Source: a virus (Duplodnaviria; Heunggongvirae; Uroviricota; Caudoviricetes). Taken from it: a stretch of 64,000 nucleotides of DNA. Of the stretch, positions 42,988 through 51,582 are shown piece after piece. A model generated the notes under the pieces. The model was given only the letters and a program-made list of their open reading frames with translations. It was not told the DNA's origin and ran no database searches. The translations under genes and the position numbers were made by a program. The first letter of the stretch is position 1; every line of letters begins with the position of its first letter. The stretch is taken from IMG/VR virus record IMGVR_UViG_2974569193_000001, positions 108,702 to 172,701 of that record; one strand, given 5' to 3'.

Positions 42988-43357
42988 CGACGTCGATATC
43001 CCGCTTGATCGCCCTGGCGAAACCCACGGGCTTGTCGGCGGACCCATCGTGATGAAGGTCGCCCGATTGGATCAGCATGTTGACCGTGGCCTCGCCGATC
43101 CGCACGGTGCGGTGACCGATCGGGTACCAGTCGCCGTCGTGGTCCTTGAGGAGACCATGGTCGCGCACCGCCCAGGACAGCGCCTGGGCCGCGCGCTGGG
43201 CGGCGGCCGTGGCGCCCTCGGCCATCTGCCGCAGGTCCTCGGGCGAGAAGCAGTTCAACAGCTTCTCGCGCATCCCTTCACGATCTTCGGCCGGCGGCTT
43301 GATGAAGAATTCCAGCAGCAGGTCGACGTGGTGCTCAGGCGAGTTGGTCTCGGTCAT
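42977..43357 (-). CDS. hypothetical protein
   Basis: 126 aa. Confidence 0.5.
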   Translation of the reverse strand: MTETNSPEHHVDLLLEFFIKPPAEDREGMREKLLNCFSPEDLRQMAEGATAAAQRAAQALSWAVRDHGLLKDHDGDWYPIGHRTVRIGEATVNMLIQSGDLHHDGSADKPVGFARAIKRDIDVDVE

Positions 43358-43626
43358 CTCTGCTTTTCCAGCGCGGCCCAGGTGACGTCGATCGTCACGC
43401 CCAGCGTGGTGTGCTCATCGGGGAAGCCCTCGGGCAGGTCGATCCCAAACTCCTCCTCCAGCGACATCGCCAGATCGACGAGGTCAAGGCTGTCGAAGCG
43501 CAGGTCTTCCATGAGACGAAGCCCCTTGTGGTAGTCATCCAACGCAATATGCGACTCGCTCATCATGTGCGCGAACTCGTAGACCGCGATCTGGACTTCA
43601 GACCATGTGGTGCTCGTATCGACCAA
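43354..43626 (-). CDS. acpP: acyl carrier protein
   Basis: 90 aa. DSLDLVDLAMSLEEEFGIDLPE holds the phosphopantetheine-attachment Ser in a DSL motif. TTG start with SD AAGGGG after a cassette promoter. Confidence 0.65.
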   Translation of the reverse strand: MVDTSTTWSEVQIAVYEFAHMMSESHIALDDYHKGLRLMEDLRFDSLDLVDLAMSLEEEFGIDLPEGFPDEHTTLGVTIDVTWAALEKQR

Positions 43627-43685
43627 GGACTTCCCCTTCTGCTGCTGCCGGGCGGTTCTAGCTAAGCTTCACTATGGTGTCAACG
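43627..43685 (-). promoter_or_regulatory. cassette promoter with a variant leader, for the acyl carrier protein gene
   Basis: GTTGACAC, 17 bp, TAGAAC, then CGCC-CGGCAGCAGC-AG-AAGGGG, then AAGTCC-TTG. Confidence 0.5.
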
Positions 43686-43687
43686 TA

Positions 43688-44353
43688 CTAACGCCAGACC
43701 CAACTCAAGCTGAGCACGATGTCGTGGTCCTCGTAGGCGGCGCTGCGGCCGGTGATCAGCTTGATTCCGCGCAGAGGACCCAGGCGCCACAGTTGCACCT
43801 CGCGCCGCTCATGGCGACCAGGGACGTGCTCCAGCAGTTCGCGGCGCTTGATCGCCACGTGCTTTTGCTCCCGGTGGACGACCAGGGCGATCTTGTGGGT
43901 CGGGCTTGCGCCGAACCACCGCCGCCAGTAGCCCGGCGTATCGATGTCGTCGAACAGGCGCTCGACGCGCTTGCTGACCGGACGCAGCCCCGACATGCTT
44001 CGCCGCACGCTCAGCGGCGGGAAGGTGCAGGACGGCCAGACATCGAGCAGGCCCTGACGCAGCCGGCGAAATTCCTCCGCCGGCATGGCGTTGTCCTTGG
44101 TGTTGTTGCACGCCACGCAGGCCGCCGCGACATTGCTGTCGTGGTTGGAGCCGCCCTCGGCCTTGGCTTCCAGGTGTTCGATCGTGACCTCGTCCGGTTC
44201 CAGATTGCCGGCCTTCTTGCCGACGCGCTGGCGGTATTTCATCTGCCCCGTGCAGTAGGTGCAGAGCCCACCCGATTCCAGGAAGAGCCGGCGCCGGCGG
44301 TTTGGAGCCGCCGGCGGGAGAGGATCGTAGACGATGACGTCAGAGGACGACAT
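43688..44353 (-). CDS. HNH endonuclease
   Basis: Start at MSSSDVIVYD. CTYCTGQM...TIEHLEAKAEGGSNHDSNVAAACVACNNTK is an HNH motif. The upstream R/S-rich 52 aa are rejected. Confidence 0.7.
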   Translation of the reverse strand: MSSSDVIVYDPLPPAAPNRRRRLFLESGGLCTYCTGQMKYRQRVGKKAGNLEPDEVTIEHLEAKAEGGSNHDSNVAAACVACNNTKDNAMPAEEFRRLRQGLLDVWPSCTFPPLSVRRSMSGLRPVSKRVERLFDDIDTPGYWRRWFGASPTHKIALVVHREQKHVAIKRRELLEHVPGRHERREVQLWRLGPLRGIKLITGRSAAYEDHDIVLSLSWVWR

Positions 44354-44780
44354 AGCTGTCCTCGCCGGTCTCGAACGCGAGATCAGCGAAACGCAGGTTT
44401 TCCAGGGCGGTGTTGAACGCCTCCTCCGAGCCGCCGACCTTGGCCCAGATCGACCGGCGGGGGACCACCGTGGCGAAGAGGTTGGGCGAACGCCCCTGGC
44501 GGACTTCATCGGCGGCGAGATCGACGAGCACGCGATAGGCCGCGCCCGACACCGTCTGGCGGCTGCGGACGTCGACGAGGCTCAGACCCCGCAGGGTGTC
44601 CAGATAGGCGCTCAGGTCCTTGATCTCGACGCCGGCCGTCATGGCGAAGGTCGTCGGATTGGTGTCGAGCACCTTCAGCGACTCGGCGCGCCGCAGGACG
44701 ACCTCCTCGCGGGCCTCGATCTCCAGTTGCTCGTCCGACTTCTTCTCGGCTTGCTTGATCTTGCGCAGGGGCTTCAGCAT
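44340..44780 (-). CDS. hypothetical protein
   Basis: Start at MLKPLRKIKQ with SD AGGAG, 9 nt after the upstream TAG. Confidence 0.5.
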   Translation of the reverse strand: MLKPLRKIKQAEKKSDEQLEIEAREEVVLRRAESLKVLDTNPTTFAMTAGVEIKDLSAYLDTLRGLSLVDVRSRQTVSGAAYRVLVDLAADEVRQGRSPNLFATVVPRRSIWAKVGGSEEAFNTALENLRFADLAFETGEDSYVVL

Positions 44781-44788
44781 GGGGTCTC

Positions 44789-45181
44789 CTAGTAGAGGAC
44801 GCTCCAAGACTTCTGGGTCTTGGCGTAAGCGGATGGGACGATGTAGCCGCGATCGTTCAGATCGGCGAGCAGGGTTTCGGTGGTCGGCAGGAACGCCTCT
44901 TCGCTCGCGGGCTCCTGGCCCGGCTCGCAGTGGTTCCGAGCCCACCAGTAGAGGCGGTGGTTCAGGCGCAGCGTCGTGCGCTCGAACGCCCGGCGCGGAT
45001 TGATCTCGTTGGCCAGGATGTGCATGAGCCAGCCCGCCAGCGTGTAGCGCGAGGAGTTGCCGACCGGGTCCCGGTAGAACCCGGCCTGCTTCAGGCGCTC
45101 GAACTCGGCCTGGAACTCTGGCAGGAAGCGCACGAGGCGTCCGAACGGCTCATGGAAGACGACGATCTGCCGATCATTCAT
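44789..45181 (-). CDS. hypothetical protein
   Basis: 130 aa. Confidence 0.5.
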   Translation of the reverse strand: MNDRQIVVFHEPFGRLVRFLPEFQAEFERLKQAGFYRDPVGNSSRYTLAGWLMHILANEINPRRAFERTTLRLNHRLYWWARNHCEPGQEPASEEAFLPTTETLLADLNDRGYIVPSAYAKTQKSWSVLY

Positions 45182-45539
45182 CGGCTTGATAGCCCAGATG
45201 CGGCCTCAAGTTGACGAGATCGTCTTCTTCCAGACGGATCGCGGTCAGCTTCGAGCACCGGGCGCTGTCGGCCATCTTGGTGTAGCGCTTGGCGAGTTTC
45301 CAGTAGGTTTGGGCGTGATCCCACCAGCGGTAGCTCGCGCTCTGGATTTCCTCGGCCTCCTCGCGGGTCACCGGCCGGCGCTGGAAGAGCCACCACGGCG
45401 AGACCGTCACCCGCTCCTGGCGCATGATCTTGGCGATCGTCTCCTCGCGGATGGCGTCGCCCTGGGCCTCGAAGTCCTCGGCGCCTTTGGTGGCGGCCTC
45501 GATCAGGACGAGACGGTCGATTTCGGCGCTCATGGTCAC
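45174..45539 (-). CDS. hypothetical protein
   Basis: 121 aa. Confidence 0.5.
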   Translation of the reverse strand: MTMSAEIDRLVLIEAATKGAEDFEAQGDAIREETIAKIMRQERVTVSPWWLFQRRPVTREEAEEIQSASYRWWDHAQTYWKLAKRYTKMADSARCSKLTAIRLEEDDLVNLRPHLGYQADE

Positions 45540-45805
45540 TTCAGCTTCTCCCCGACATAGACCTCCAGGAAACGCGCCTGCGTGTCCGGGTCCTGGAACA
45601 TCCAGATGGCGTACTTGGTGCGCGGGAACGGCTGACGGAAGAACTCGGCACCGCCCAGCGTCTGCTTGGCGATGGGCGGGGTCGGCGCGGTCAACGGCGT
45701 CTTGACCACGAACGGGTAGGCCGTCAGGTGCTTGATCACCGCCAGCGAGCAGTCGCGCTCACGCGAGGTCTTCTCCGGCAGGTCGCGGGTCCAGGTCGTC
45801 GTCAA
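45536..45805 (-). CDS. hypothetical protein
   Basis: 89 aa; TTG start overlapping the upstream TGA as TTGA. Confidence 0.45.
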   Translation of the reverse strand: MTTTWTRDLPEKTSRERDCSLAVIKHLTAYPFVVKTPLTAPTPPIAKQTLGGAEFFRQPFPRTKYAIWMFQDPDTQARFLEVYVGEKLK

Positions 45806-45957
45806 AAGGGCTTCTCCGAAGCGCGGGCGATGATCGCCACCAAGAGGATGGAAAAGAGAGCGGCCGTGATCATCGGCGGCTGGCGGTGGTAGCCGTCGAC
45901 GAAGCCTTGGATCACACCGACCAGCATGGCGGCGCCGTAAGCGGACCAGAACTTCAA
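45802..45957 (-). CDS. small membrane peptide (51 aa), not in the ORF track
   Basis: (M)KFWSAYGAAMLVGVIQGFVDGYHRQPPMITAALFSILLVAIIARASEKPF. TTG start and TGA stop both form TTGA overlaps with the neighbouring genes; SD GAGGAG upstream. Confidence 0.3.
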   Translation of the reverse strand: MKFWSAYGAAMLVGVIQGFVDGYHRQPPMITAALFSILLVAIIARASEKPF

Positions 45958-46526
45958 GCCTTGATCTCCTCGAAGCGGCCGTCCATGAACTCGGCCTCGC
46001 GCCGGCCCCAGACCTGTCCGCTGCCGTCGATATAGGTCAGCAGGATTTCGTCATCCTGGATCGGGGTCTCGCATTGGATGCGGACGATCCCCACCAGGGC
46101 ATAGTCGGTCCCGCGCTTCTTGTGCCGGAACCGCCGCATGCCGCGCGGAAGTTCGGCCAGGAACGCTTTCATGGCGTCGGCTATCTTGGTGAAGCCGTGC
46201 GGGAAGTGCGAGCCGGGGTTGCGCATCCAGGCATAGACCGTGGCCAGGGCGAACCGCCCGGCCGCGATCTCGCCGGTGGGGTCCTTGCGCAGGACGTCCG
46301 GGGCGTGCTCTTCCAGATAGTTGGTGCCGACGAGCGCCAGCATCCGGGCCTCGTCGACGCTCGTCGGCAGGTTGATGTGTCCCACCGGGGTCGACGTTTC
46401 CAGGCGCTTGATCATGTCGTCGATCAGCTTGGCGCTGTCCTGGTGAAAGCGCTTGAGGTCGCCGCCATAAATGGAGGCGCTGCTGAGATGCCAGTCCCGG
46501 AGAAGGATGAGAGGGTCTTGAGTCAT
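45954..46526 (-). CDS. hypothetical protein
   Basis: Start at MTQDPLILLRDW, set by the promoter and leader (ATG 8 nt after AAAGG). Confidence 0.55.
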   Translation of the reverse strand: MTQDPLILLRDWHLSSASIYGGDLKRFHQDSAKLIDDMIKRLETSTPVGHINLPTSVDEARMLALVGTNYLEEHAPDVLRKDPTGEIAAGRFALATVYAWMRNPGSHFPHGFTKIADAMKAFLAELPRGMRRFRHKKRGTDYALVGIVRIQCETPIQDDEILLTYIDGSGQVWGRREAEFMDGRFEEIKA

Positions 46527-46584
46527 TGGAGCCTTTCGTGTCGTCACCCGCGACACTAGCTGGTCGCGGGTGAAGCTGTCAACA
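46527..46584 (-). promoter_or_regulatory. cassette promoter with a 10-bp inverted repeat straddling the -10
   Basis: GTGTTGACAG, then CTT-CACCCGCGAC-CAG-CTAGTG-TC-GTCGCGGGTG-ACGACACGAAAGG, then CTCCA-ATG. Confidence 0.55.
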
Positions 46585-46586
46585 CA

Positions 46587-47111
46587 TCACGCCAGGGCGT
46601 CGAGGCCGCGATGATAGAAGAGGCGGCGGCCGTTGAAGAACAGCCGAACGCGGAACTTCTCGCCCAGCACGCCCATATCGAGAGAGAACCCCAGCAGGCC
46701 CAGGCTCACATAGGCATGCTTTCCGCGCATGCCGCCGGCCATGGGGAGGTCGTTCATCCCGCCGATCACGATCCGCGCCAGCCAGAGCCAGCCCAGGTCG
46801 AAGCGCTTGAAGCCCTGCCAGGAGATCGAGCGCCAGGAGAAGCCGCCATCCAGGATGCGCAGGTCCGCGTCGAGGTTCCAGCCGCCGGCCAGGGGGTCGC
46901 CCCGGCGATGGTAGCGCAGGCGGCAGAGCACGGTCTGGTAATCGAACTGCGGCAGGCGTCCGAGAAGGGCGAACCAGAGCCGCGCGACGACGTAGAAGAA
47001 GGGATGGATCAGGACCGCGTACAGCAACACGGCCAGGAAGACCCAGGCGTGGTAGTAATTGATCCAGAAGAGGCCCAGGAAAAGCCCGAGCTTGGGTTGG
47101 TCGTTGGTCAA
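46587..47111 (-). CDS. membrane protein
   Basis: 174 aa, several transmembrane helices; TTG start overlapping the upstream TGA. Confidence 0.55.
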   Translation of the reverse strand: MTNDQPKLGLFLGLFWINYYHAWVFLAVLLYAVLIHPFFYVVARLWFALLGRLPQFDYQTVLCRLRYHRRGDPLAGGWNLDADLRILDGGFSWRSISWQGFKRFDLGWLWLARIVIGGMNDLPMAGGMRGKHAYVSLGLLGFSLDMGVLGEKFRVRLFFNGRRLFYHRGLDALA

Positions 47112-47740
47112 GGCAGGTCCCCCTTGGCGAAGTCACCGGCGCGGCCGATGATCGGATAGAACGCGTACACGTCGCCCGGACGGTTCCAGGCGTCGCGGCT
47201 GATCACCGGCAGGTCCGGGGCGTAGCGGGAAAACCACGCGGCCTTACGCGCCGCCCAGGCTTGCGGGTCCTCGTCATGGTCCCAGCCGAACACCCCGCGC
47301 CCGTTGTCCTTGCCCTTGCGGATCGAGGACAGCATCTGGTTGGTGCCGATGTAGCGGCAGTAGGACTCCGGCGCCGAGCCTTGCTGCGTCGGACGCGGGC
47401 CATCGAAGGCCAGATCGTTCTTGGAGAGGTCCTGCTCGATCCAGCCGCGCCCGTCCTTGACGAACGGGTCGACGAGCTTGGTGATCTCGCGGTAGACGTC
47501 CCAGCCGACGAAGGCGCTGTAGCCCTTGGACAGGTCCAGGTTTTGATCCGTCCCGTCACGAATGGCGATCAGGGCGGCGCAGCCCTCGGCGATGGTCTTG
47601 CCTTCAAGGCGCTCGGCGAACTTCATGCAGGTGTCGCCCCAGGCCTTGGCGGACATCACGTCCCAGGCGGTGCGCTGCAAGACGTCGCGGCGGTAGTAGA
47701 CCTGGGCGGCTTCGCGCAGGTGATCGGAGAAGGTCTGCAT
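47108..47740 (-). CDS. hypothetical protein
   Basis: 210 aa. Confidence 0.55.
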   Translation of the reverse strand: MQTFSDHLREAAQVYYRRDVLQRTAWDVMSAKAWGDTCMKFAERLEGKTIAEGCAALIAIRDGTDQNLDLSKGYSAFVGWDVYREITKLVDPFVKDGRGWIEQDLSKNDLAFDGPRPTQQGSAPESYCRYIGTNQMLSSIRKGKDNGRGVFGWDHDEDPQAWAARKAAWFSRYAPDLPVISRDAWNRPGDVYAFYPIIGRAGDFAKGDLP

Positions 47741-48033
47741 CAGGCGTCCTTCGTCGAGCGCTTGAAGCGGCCGTTCTCGTCGTAGTGGTCGATGCTGGCG
47801 CCGGGCGCGTGGAAGCCGGCGATCGAGCCGAACTCCATGGCGGCGCGCTGCTGCTTGGTCACGCCCATGCGCTCGTTCAGAGAGTCGACGACGTCCTGGC
47901 CCTGGACGCCATAGCCCGTCGGGTAGTAGCCGGTCTCGTCCTTCTTCAGGACGACCGTCGTACCGTCCGCCGGGCTGACCGCATAGCAGAGGTCGGGAAG
48001 GGCGGCGAGATTGATCTGGCGAAGCGTCATCAT
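47740..48033 (-). CDS. hypothetical protein
   Basis: 97 aa; cassette promoter and leader with SD AAGGAGG. Confidence 0.5.
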   Translation of the reverse strand: MMTLRQINLAALPDLCYAVSPADGTTVVLKKDETGYYPTGYGVQGQDVVDSLNERMGVTKQQRAAMEFGSIAGFHAPGASIDHYDENGRFKRSTKDA

Positions 48034-48094
48034 GGGGGCCTCCTTGGTTGTCGTCGACGATCCCTATAGACCTGCCTTGTCAGGCTGTCAACAC
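48034..48094 (-). promoter_or_regulatory. cassette promoter and leader
   Basis: GTGTTGACAG, 17 bp, TATAGG, then GAT-CGTCGACGACAAC-CA-AGGAGG, then CCCCC-ATG. Confidence 0.55.
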
Positions 48095-48405
48095 TCGACA
48101 GCCAAGTAACGATTCCGCCTGGGTTCATAGGGGAGATCGTTGGCGACCGCCATCAGCCAGCCGGCGTGACAGCGCTTTGGGGCGCAATGGCAGACGAGGT
48201 GGAAGCCCTTGAGATTGGCCTTGACCCAGGCGATGAACTCCGGATCGAGTTCGCGCACGGCGATGTAGTGGTCGATCACCTGATCGCGGGTCCCGTCCAC
48301 GCCGATGAGAAAAGGGTTGCCCGCCGGCGTCCCCCGGCCGACGTACTTGGACATCGGCGGGAGGTGGCCTGGGAAATCGCTTCGGCTCAGGACTTGGAGG
48401 ATCAC
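48088..48405 (-). CDS. DUF4326 domain protein
   Basis: 105 aa. KYVGRGTPAGNPF ... HLVCHCAPKRCH is the DUF4326 signature. GTG start overlapping the upstream TGA. Confidence 0.7.
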   Translation of the reverse strand: MILQVLSRSDFPGHLPPMSKYVGRGTPAGNPFLIGVDGTRDQVIDHYIAVRELDPEFIAWVKANLKGFHLVCHCAPKRCHAGWLMAVANDLPYEPRRNRYLAVEC

Positions 48406-49097
48406 GCCGCCTTGCTCTCCACGTATTCGGCCAGCCGCGCGATCGTGTCCTCCGCCGAGGTGTGGTAGATCGCGAAACCCCCGGCGTCGATCCAGGCGTT
48501 GCAGTTGGCCGTGCGGTCGTCGATCAGGACTTGGTGGTCCGAGTGCTTGCGGTGCATGAAGGTCTGCTTCAGCGCCGACGTCGTGCAGATGAACCGATGG
48601 TCCGGCAGGCGGACGCGGCGGCTGAACGGCGGGTCCTTCTCGAACACGATCTCGGTGATCCGGGCGACGGCCTCTTCCTCGCTGATCTCGCTGGGAATGG
48701 CGCGCGCAAGGTCGCCGTAGAGGTTGGCGGCGGGGATGAAGCGCTCTTCGACCCAGCGCCGCTTGCTATAGGCCGCGCCCAGCCAATAGGGATGGGTCAG
48801 ATAGGTGTCATCCGTGGCGCCGAACTTCGGAGCCGCCGTCAGGATGATGGGCTCAGCCGGGGCCAGGGTGTGGAGCAGCTTCAGGGCGCCCGGCATGAAC
48901 GGCAGGGTCTCGAAGAAGTCCGTGCCTTGGATCGACCGGTACATCCCCTGCTTCCAGAGGTTGGCCTCGTCATCCATGGTGTGGCTCGACTGGTTGTAGG
49001 TCGGGTCGGGGTTGAAGCCCAGCCGGCGGATGCCTTCGTCGAAGTCGGCGCCGACCCCGTCGAGGTCGAGATAGATGGCGTAGTTCTTCAGGTCCAT
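48402..49097 (-). CDS. HAD-superfamily 5'(3')-deoxyribonucleotidase-like hydrolase
   Basis: Start at MDLKNYAIYLDLDGVGADF (HAD motif I DxDGV with ADF, as in NT5C-type nucleotidases). The R/P-rich N-terminus of ORF 48402..49178 is rejected. Confidence 0.6.
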   Translation of the reverse strand: MDLKNYAIYLDLDGVGADFDEGIRRLGFNPDPTYNQSSHTMDDEANLWKQGMYRSIQGTDFFETLPFMPGALKLLHTLAPAEPIILTAAPKFGATDDTYLTHPYWLGAAYSKRRWVEERFIPAANLYGDLARAIPSEISEEEAVARITEIVFEKDPPFSRRVRLPDHRFICTTSALKQTFMHRKHSDHQVLIDDRTANCNAWIDAGGFAIYHTSAEDTIARLAEYVESKAA

Positions 49098-49099
49098 GA

Positions 49100-49465
49100 T
49101 CAATTGCACTCCCGCAGGTCGCCCAGGCCGCCGATCTGGACGTCGCACTCGGCCAGGGCCTGCTCGCGCCGCTCGCACATCCCGATCAGGTCCTCGATGC
49201 AGTCGACCAGCATGCCGACCCCGTCGTAGAGGTCGATCTCCTGGTCCTCGGTCAGCGTGCCGCCCACCTCGGCGATGTCGGCGATCTGACGGAACTTGGC
49301 CAGCTTGCCGCCCGGCTCCAGGAGTTTCTTGAACGCTGCGAGGTTGGGGCTGGGCACCTGGGCGCCCGCCGTGACGAAGCCCGACAGGCGCGGCGCGACG
49401 CGCGCCATGGACTCTTCCCGAAGGTCCCCGACCGGACCCTTCAGGCTCATATTGACGACTTCCAT
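49100..49465 (-). CDS. hypothetical protein
   Basis: Start at MEVVNMSLKGPVG, 2 nt after the upstream TAG. Confidence 0.5.
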   Translation of the reverse strand: MEVVNMSLKGPVGDLREESMARVAPRLSGFVTAGAQVPSPNLAAFKKLLEPGGKLAKFRQIADIAEVGGTLTEDQEIDLYDGVGMLVDCIEDLIGMCERREQALAECDVQIGGLGDLRECN

Positions 49466-49467
49466 GT

Positions 49468-49665
49468 CTACTCCGGAAATTTGTTGTGCAGGTCGATCGC
49501 GATGCGGGCCAACTCGTAGTTGGTCTTGACGGTCAACTTCGCCGTCGGGACCCGCTCGATTTTCAGTTGGTCGCACATCATATGGATGGCGTGGATGATG
49601 TCGCTCTTGCGCTTCTTCTCATAATAGCGGTGCGACACCGTGGCGCGGATTTCGACGATCGCCAT
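49468..49665 (-). CDS. hypothetical protein
   Basis: 65 aa, basic. Confidence 0.45.
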   Translation of the reverse strand: MAIVEIRATVSHRYYEKKRKSDIIHAIHMMCDQLKIERVPTAKLTVKTNYELARIAIDLHNKFPE

Positions 49666-50003
49666 CAGAGGGCGCCCGCGCAGGCCAGGGCCATTATCCA
49701 GCCCCGCTCGGTGGGCTCGAAGCGCGCCACCGGCGAGATCACCTTGCGATCGTCGGTGAAGTGGGGGTCGAGCCAGCCCTTGTTGGCTTTGACGATCTGG
49801 TCGATCCCGCTGGCCTGGAACACCAGGACCTTGCGGCCCTCATAGTTGAGGCAATCAGGGTAGCAAATTTCCGCCACAAAGCCGCGACCGACCTTCTCGC
49901 CCCGGATCAGAGTCCACTTAGCGGGGTTGGGATCGCCGGGCGCCAGGGTGAGAGGCGATTGCCCCTCAACCTTGACGGCGACACCTGATGAGAATGGGCG
50001 CAT
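49665..50003 (-). CDS. hypothetical protein
   Basis: Trimmed to MRPFSSGVAVKVEG; start uncertain (the tracked ORF extends to 50105 with an R/S/P-rich N-terminus). Confidence 0.4.
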   Translation of the reverse strand: MRPFSSGVAVKVEGQSPLTLAPGDPNPAKWTLIRGEKVGRGFVAEICYPDCLNYEGRKVLVFQASGIDQIVKANKGWLDPHFTDDRKVISPVARFEPTERGWIMALACAGAL

Positions 50004-50105
50004 GCCGACGTCCTCGCGTTCGAGGGTTCGGCTGGTCGACAGCGGACGGATTCCGCTAGGCTGGCGCGGCGAGCGCCCGGCCGAGAAATGACGCATGACC
50101 CCCAT

Positions 50106-50492
50106 CTAGTCCCCCAGGCCTTGCATGGCGTTGTCGCGGCTGTCCTCGGCGTCGGGCCGGACCGCCAGTTCCGCCAGGAGGTCGACGTCCAGGTGGCGGT
50201 TGTAGATCGCCGCGCCCCTGTACTTGAAGAGTTCGCTGGCCTCGTGCAGCAGCGCCCGCTCCACCGCCGCCCAGGCCGTCTGCACGATCTCGGTGTCGGT
50301 GGCGTAGTAGGAGAGCTTCCACTTGCGGCCCTTCCAGGCCTCGGGCTCGCCCGTGACGGTGTTGACGCCGTCCTTGCAGGACACCTGGAGCCAGACTTCC
50401 GCATGGCTCGTGCTGAGCAGGAACTCAAAGCCCGGATAGCTGACTCGATCGACGACGTCGCGGATGGACTGGGGCGTGCGCATCTCTGCCAT
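50106..50492 (-). CDS. hypothetical protein
   Basis: 128 aa. Confidence 0.5.
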   Translation of the reverse strand: MAEMRTPQSIRDVVDRVSYPGFEFLLSTSHAEVWLQVSCKDGVNTVTGEPEAWKGRKWKLSYYATDTEIVQTAWAAVERALLHEASELFKYRGAAIYNRHLDVDLLAELAVRPDAEDSRDNAMQGLGD

Positions 50493-50493
50493 G

Positions 50494-50958
50494 TCAGGGC
50501 CTCGACTTGATCAGCCGGCGCGGCTTGCGCCGGGGCGACTTGAAGGACATCAGCGGGTAGCCGCTACCCGCGTACACGGGTTCCGGCGGCGGATCGGGGA
50601 GGTCGGCCGGGCGCTCCAGGCTGAAGCCACCCATGTCGAGGTCGTAGATCGACAGGCGCTCGCTGTAGCCGTAGCGGTTGTTGGCGAAGGTGATCCCGAC
50701 ATCGCCCATCGACGAGACCATGATCACCCGGCAGGCCTTCCCGCCCTTGCGCCCGTAGAGCGCCGGCATGAAGCCCGCCTCCTCGATCGCCAGGGTCTCG
50801 GTGGCGTTGCCGGCGTTGAGCGCCAGGAAGCCCCGGACGATGGCCGGCAGCTTGTAGTCGCAGATCGCCCGGCTGTTGCTGGCCTCGTAGGGCATGCCGA
50901 TCTTGCCCTCGATCACCGCGCCCAGGATTTCGGCGTCCGACATCGTCTCAGCGGTCAT
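50494..50958 (-). CDS. hypothetical protein
   Basis: 154 aa. Confidence 0.5.
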   Translation of the reverse strand: MTAETMSDAEILGAVIEGKIGMPYEASNSRAICDYKLPAIVRGFLALNAGNATETLAIEEAGFMPALYGRKGGKACRVIMVSSMGDVGITFANNRYGYSERLSIYDLDMGGFSLERPADLPDPPPEPVYAGSGYPLMSFKSPRRKPRRLIKSRP

Positions 50959-51205
50959 AGGTGATCCTGTAGGGCAGACCGCCGACGCAAATCTTGCCCC
51001 GACGCCCGCTGGCGGTGGTGAAGGAAAAGCCCTGGCGGCCTTTGGTCCCGGCGCAAGCGAACCAGCGCCGGTGGAAGCTCACGATCGTCGAGCCCGTGTC
51101 GCGCTCGACGAGCCGCCGGGCATGGTTGCCCTCCCAGCCCAGGGCATAGAGCCCGATCGCCGTGAAGATCAGGCCCAGGGCGAAAGTCGCGGCGATCGAC
51201 CTCAC
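50948..51205 (-). CDS. hypothetical protein (N-terminal transmembrane helix)
   Basis: 85 aa. Confidence 0.45.
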   Translation of the reverse strand: MRSIAATFALGLIFTAIGLYALGWEGNHARRLVERDTGSTIVSFHRRWFACAGTKGRQGFSFTTASGRRGKICVGGLPYRITYDR

Positions 51206-51582
51206 GCGGCGGCCAGCCCGCCGATGACGTCGGTGACGATCCGGCGCTTTTCAGCCGACATGCCGGCCAGGGCCAGGATCGTGCCCGCGCCGATCTCGGC
51301 GACGGCGTTGTCCACGGCGGCGCGGCCGTCGGTCATGTAGGCGGGATCATCGACCGGCGGGTAGAAGCTCTCGATCGGCTGCTTCAGGAAGCGCGCGGCC
51401 TCGTAGAGCTTCGAGGACGAGATGCGGTTGGAGCCGCGCTCGTACTTCTGCACCTGCTGGAAGGTCAGGCCCAGAGCAGCGGCGAGGTCGCCCTGGGAGG
51501 CACCTTGCTCCTTGCGGGCTTGACGCAGGCGCTGGCCGACGAACAGGTCGACGGGGTGAGGGGTCTTGTCTTCGTCAGCCAT
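51202..51582 (-). CDS. XRE-family HTH transcriptional regulator
   Basis: Start at MADEDKTPHPVDLFVGQRLRQARKEQGASQGDLAAALGLTFQQVQKYERGSNRISSSKLYEAARFL, a Cro/CI-type helix-turn-helix. Confidence 0.65.
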   Translation of the reverse strand: MADEDKTPHPVDLFVGQRLRQARKEQGASQGDLAAALGLTFQQVQKYERGSNRISSSKLYEAARFLKQPIESFYPPVDDPAYMTDGRAAVDNAVAEIGAGTILALAGMSAEKRRIVTDVIGGLAAA

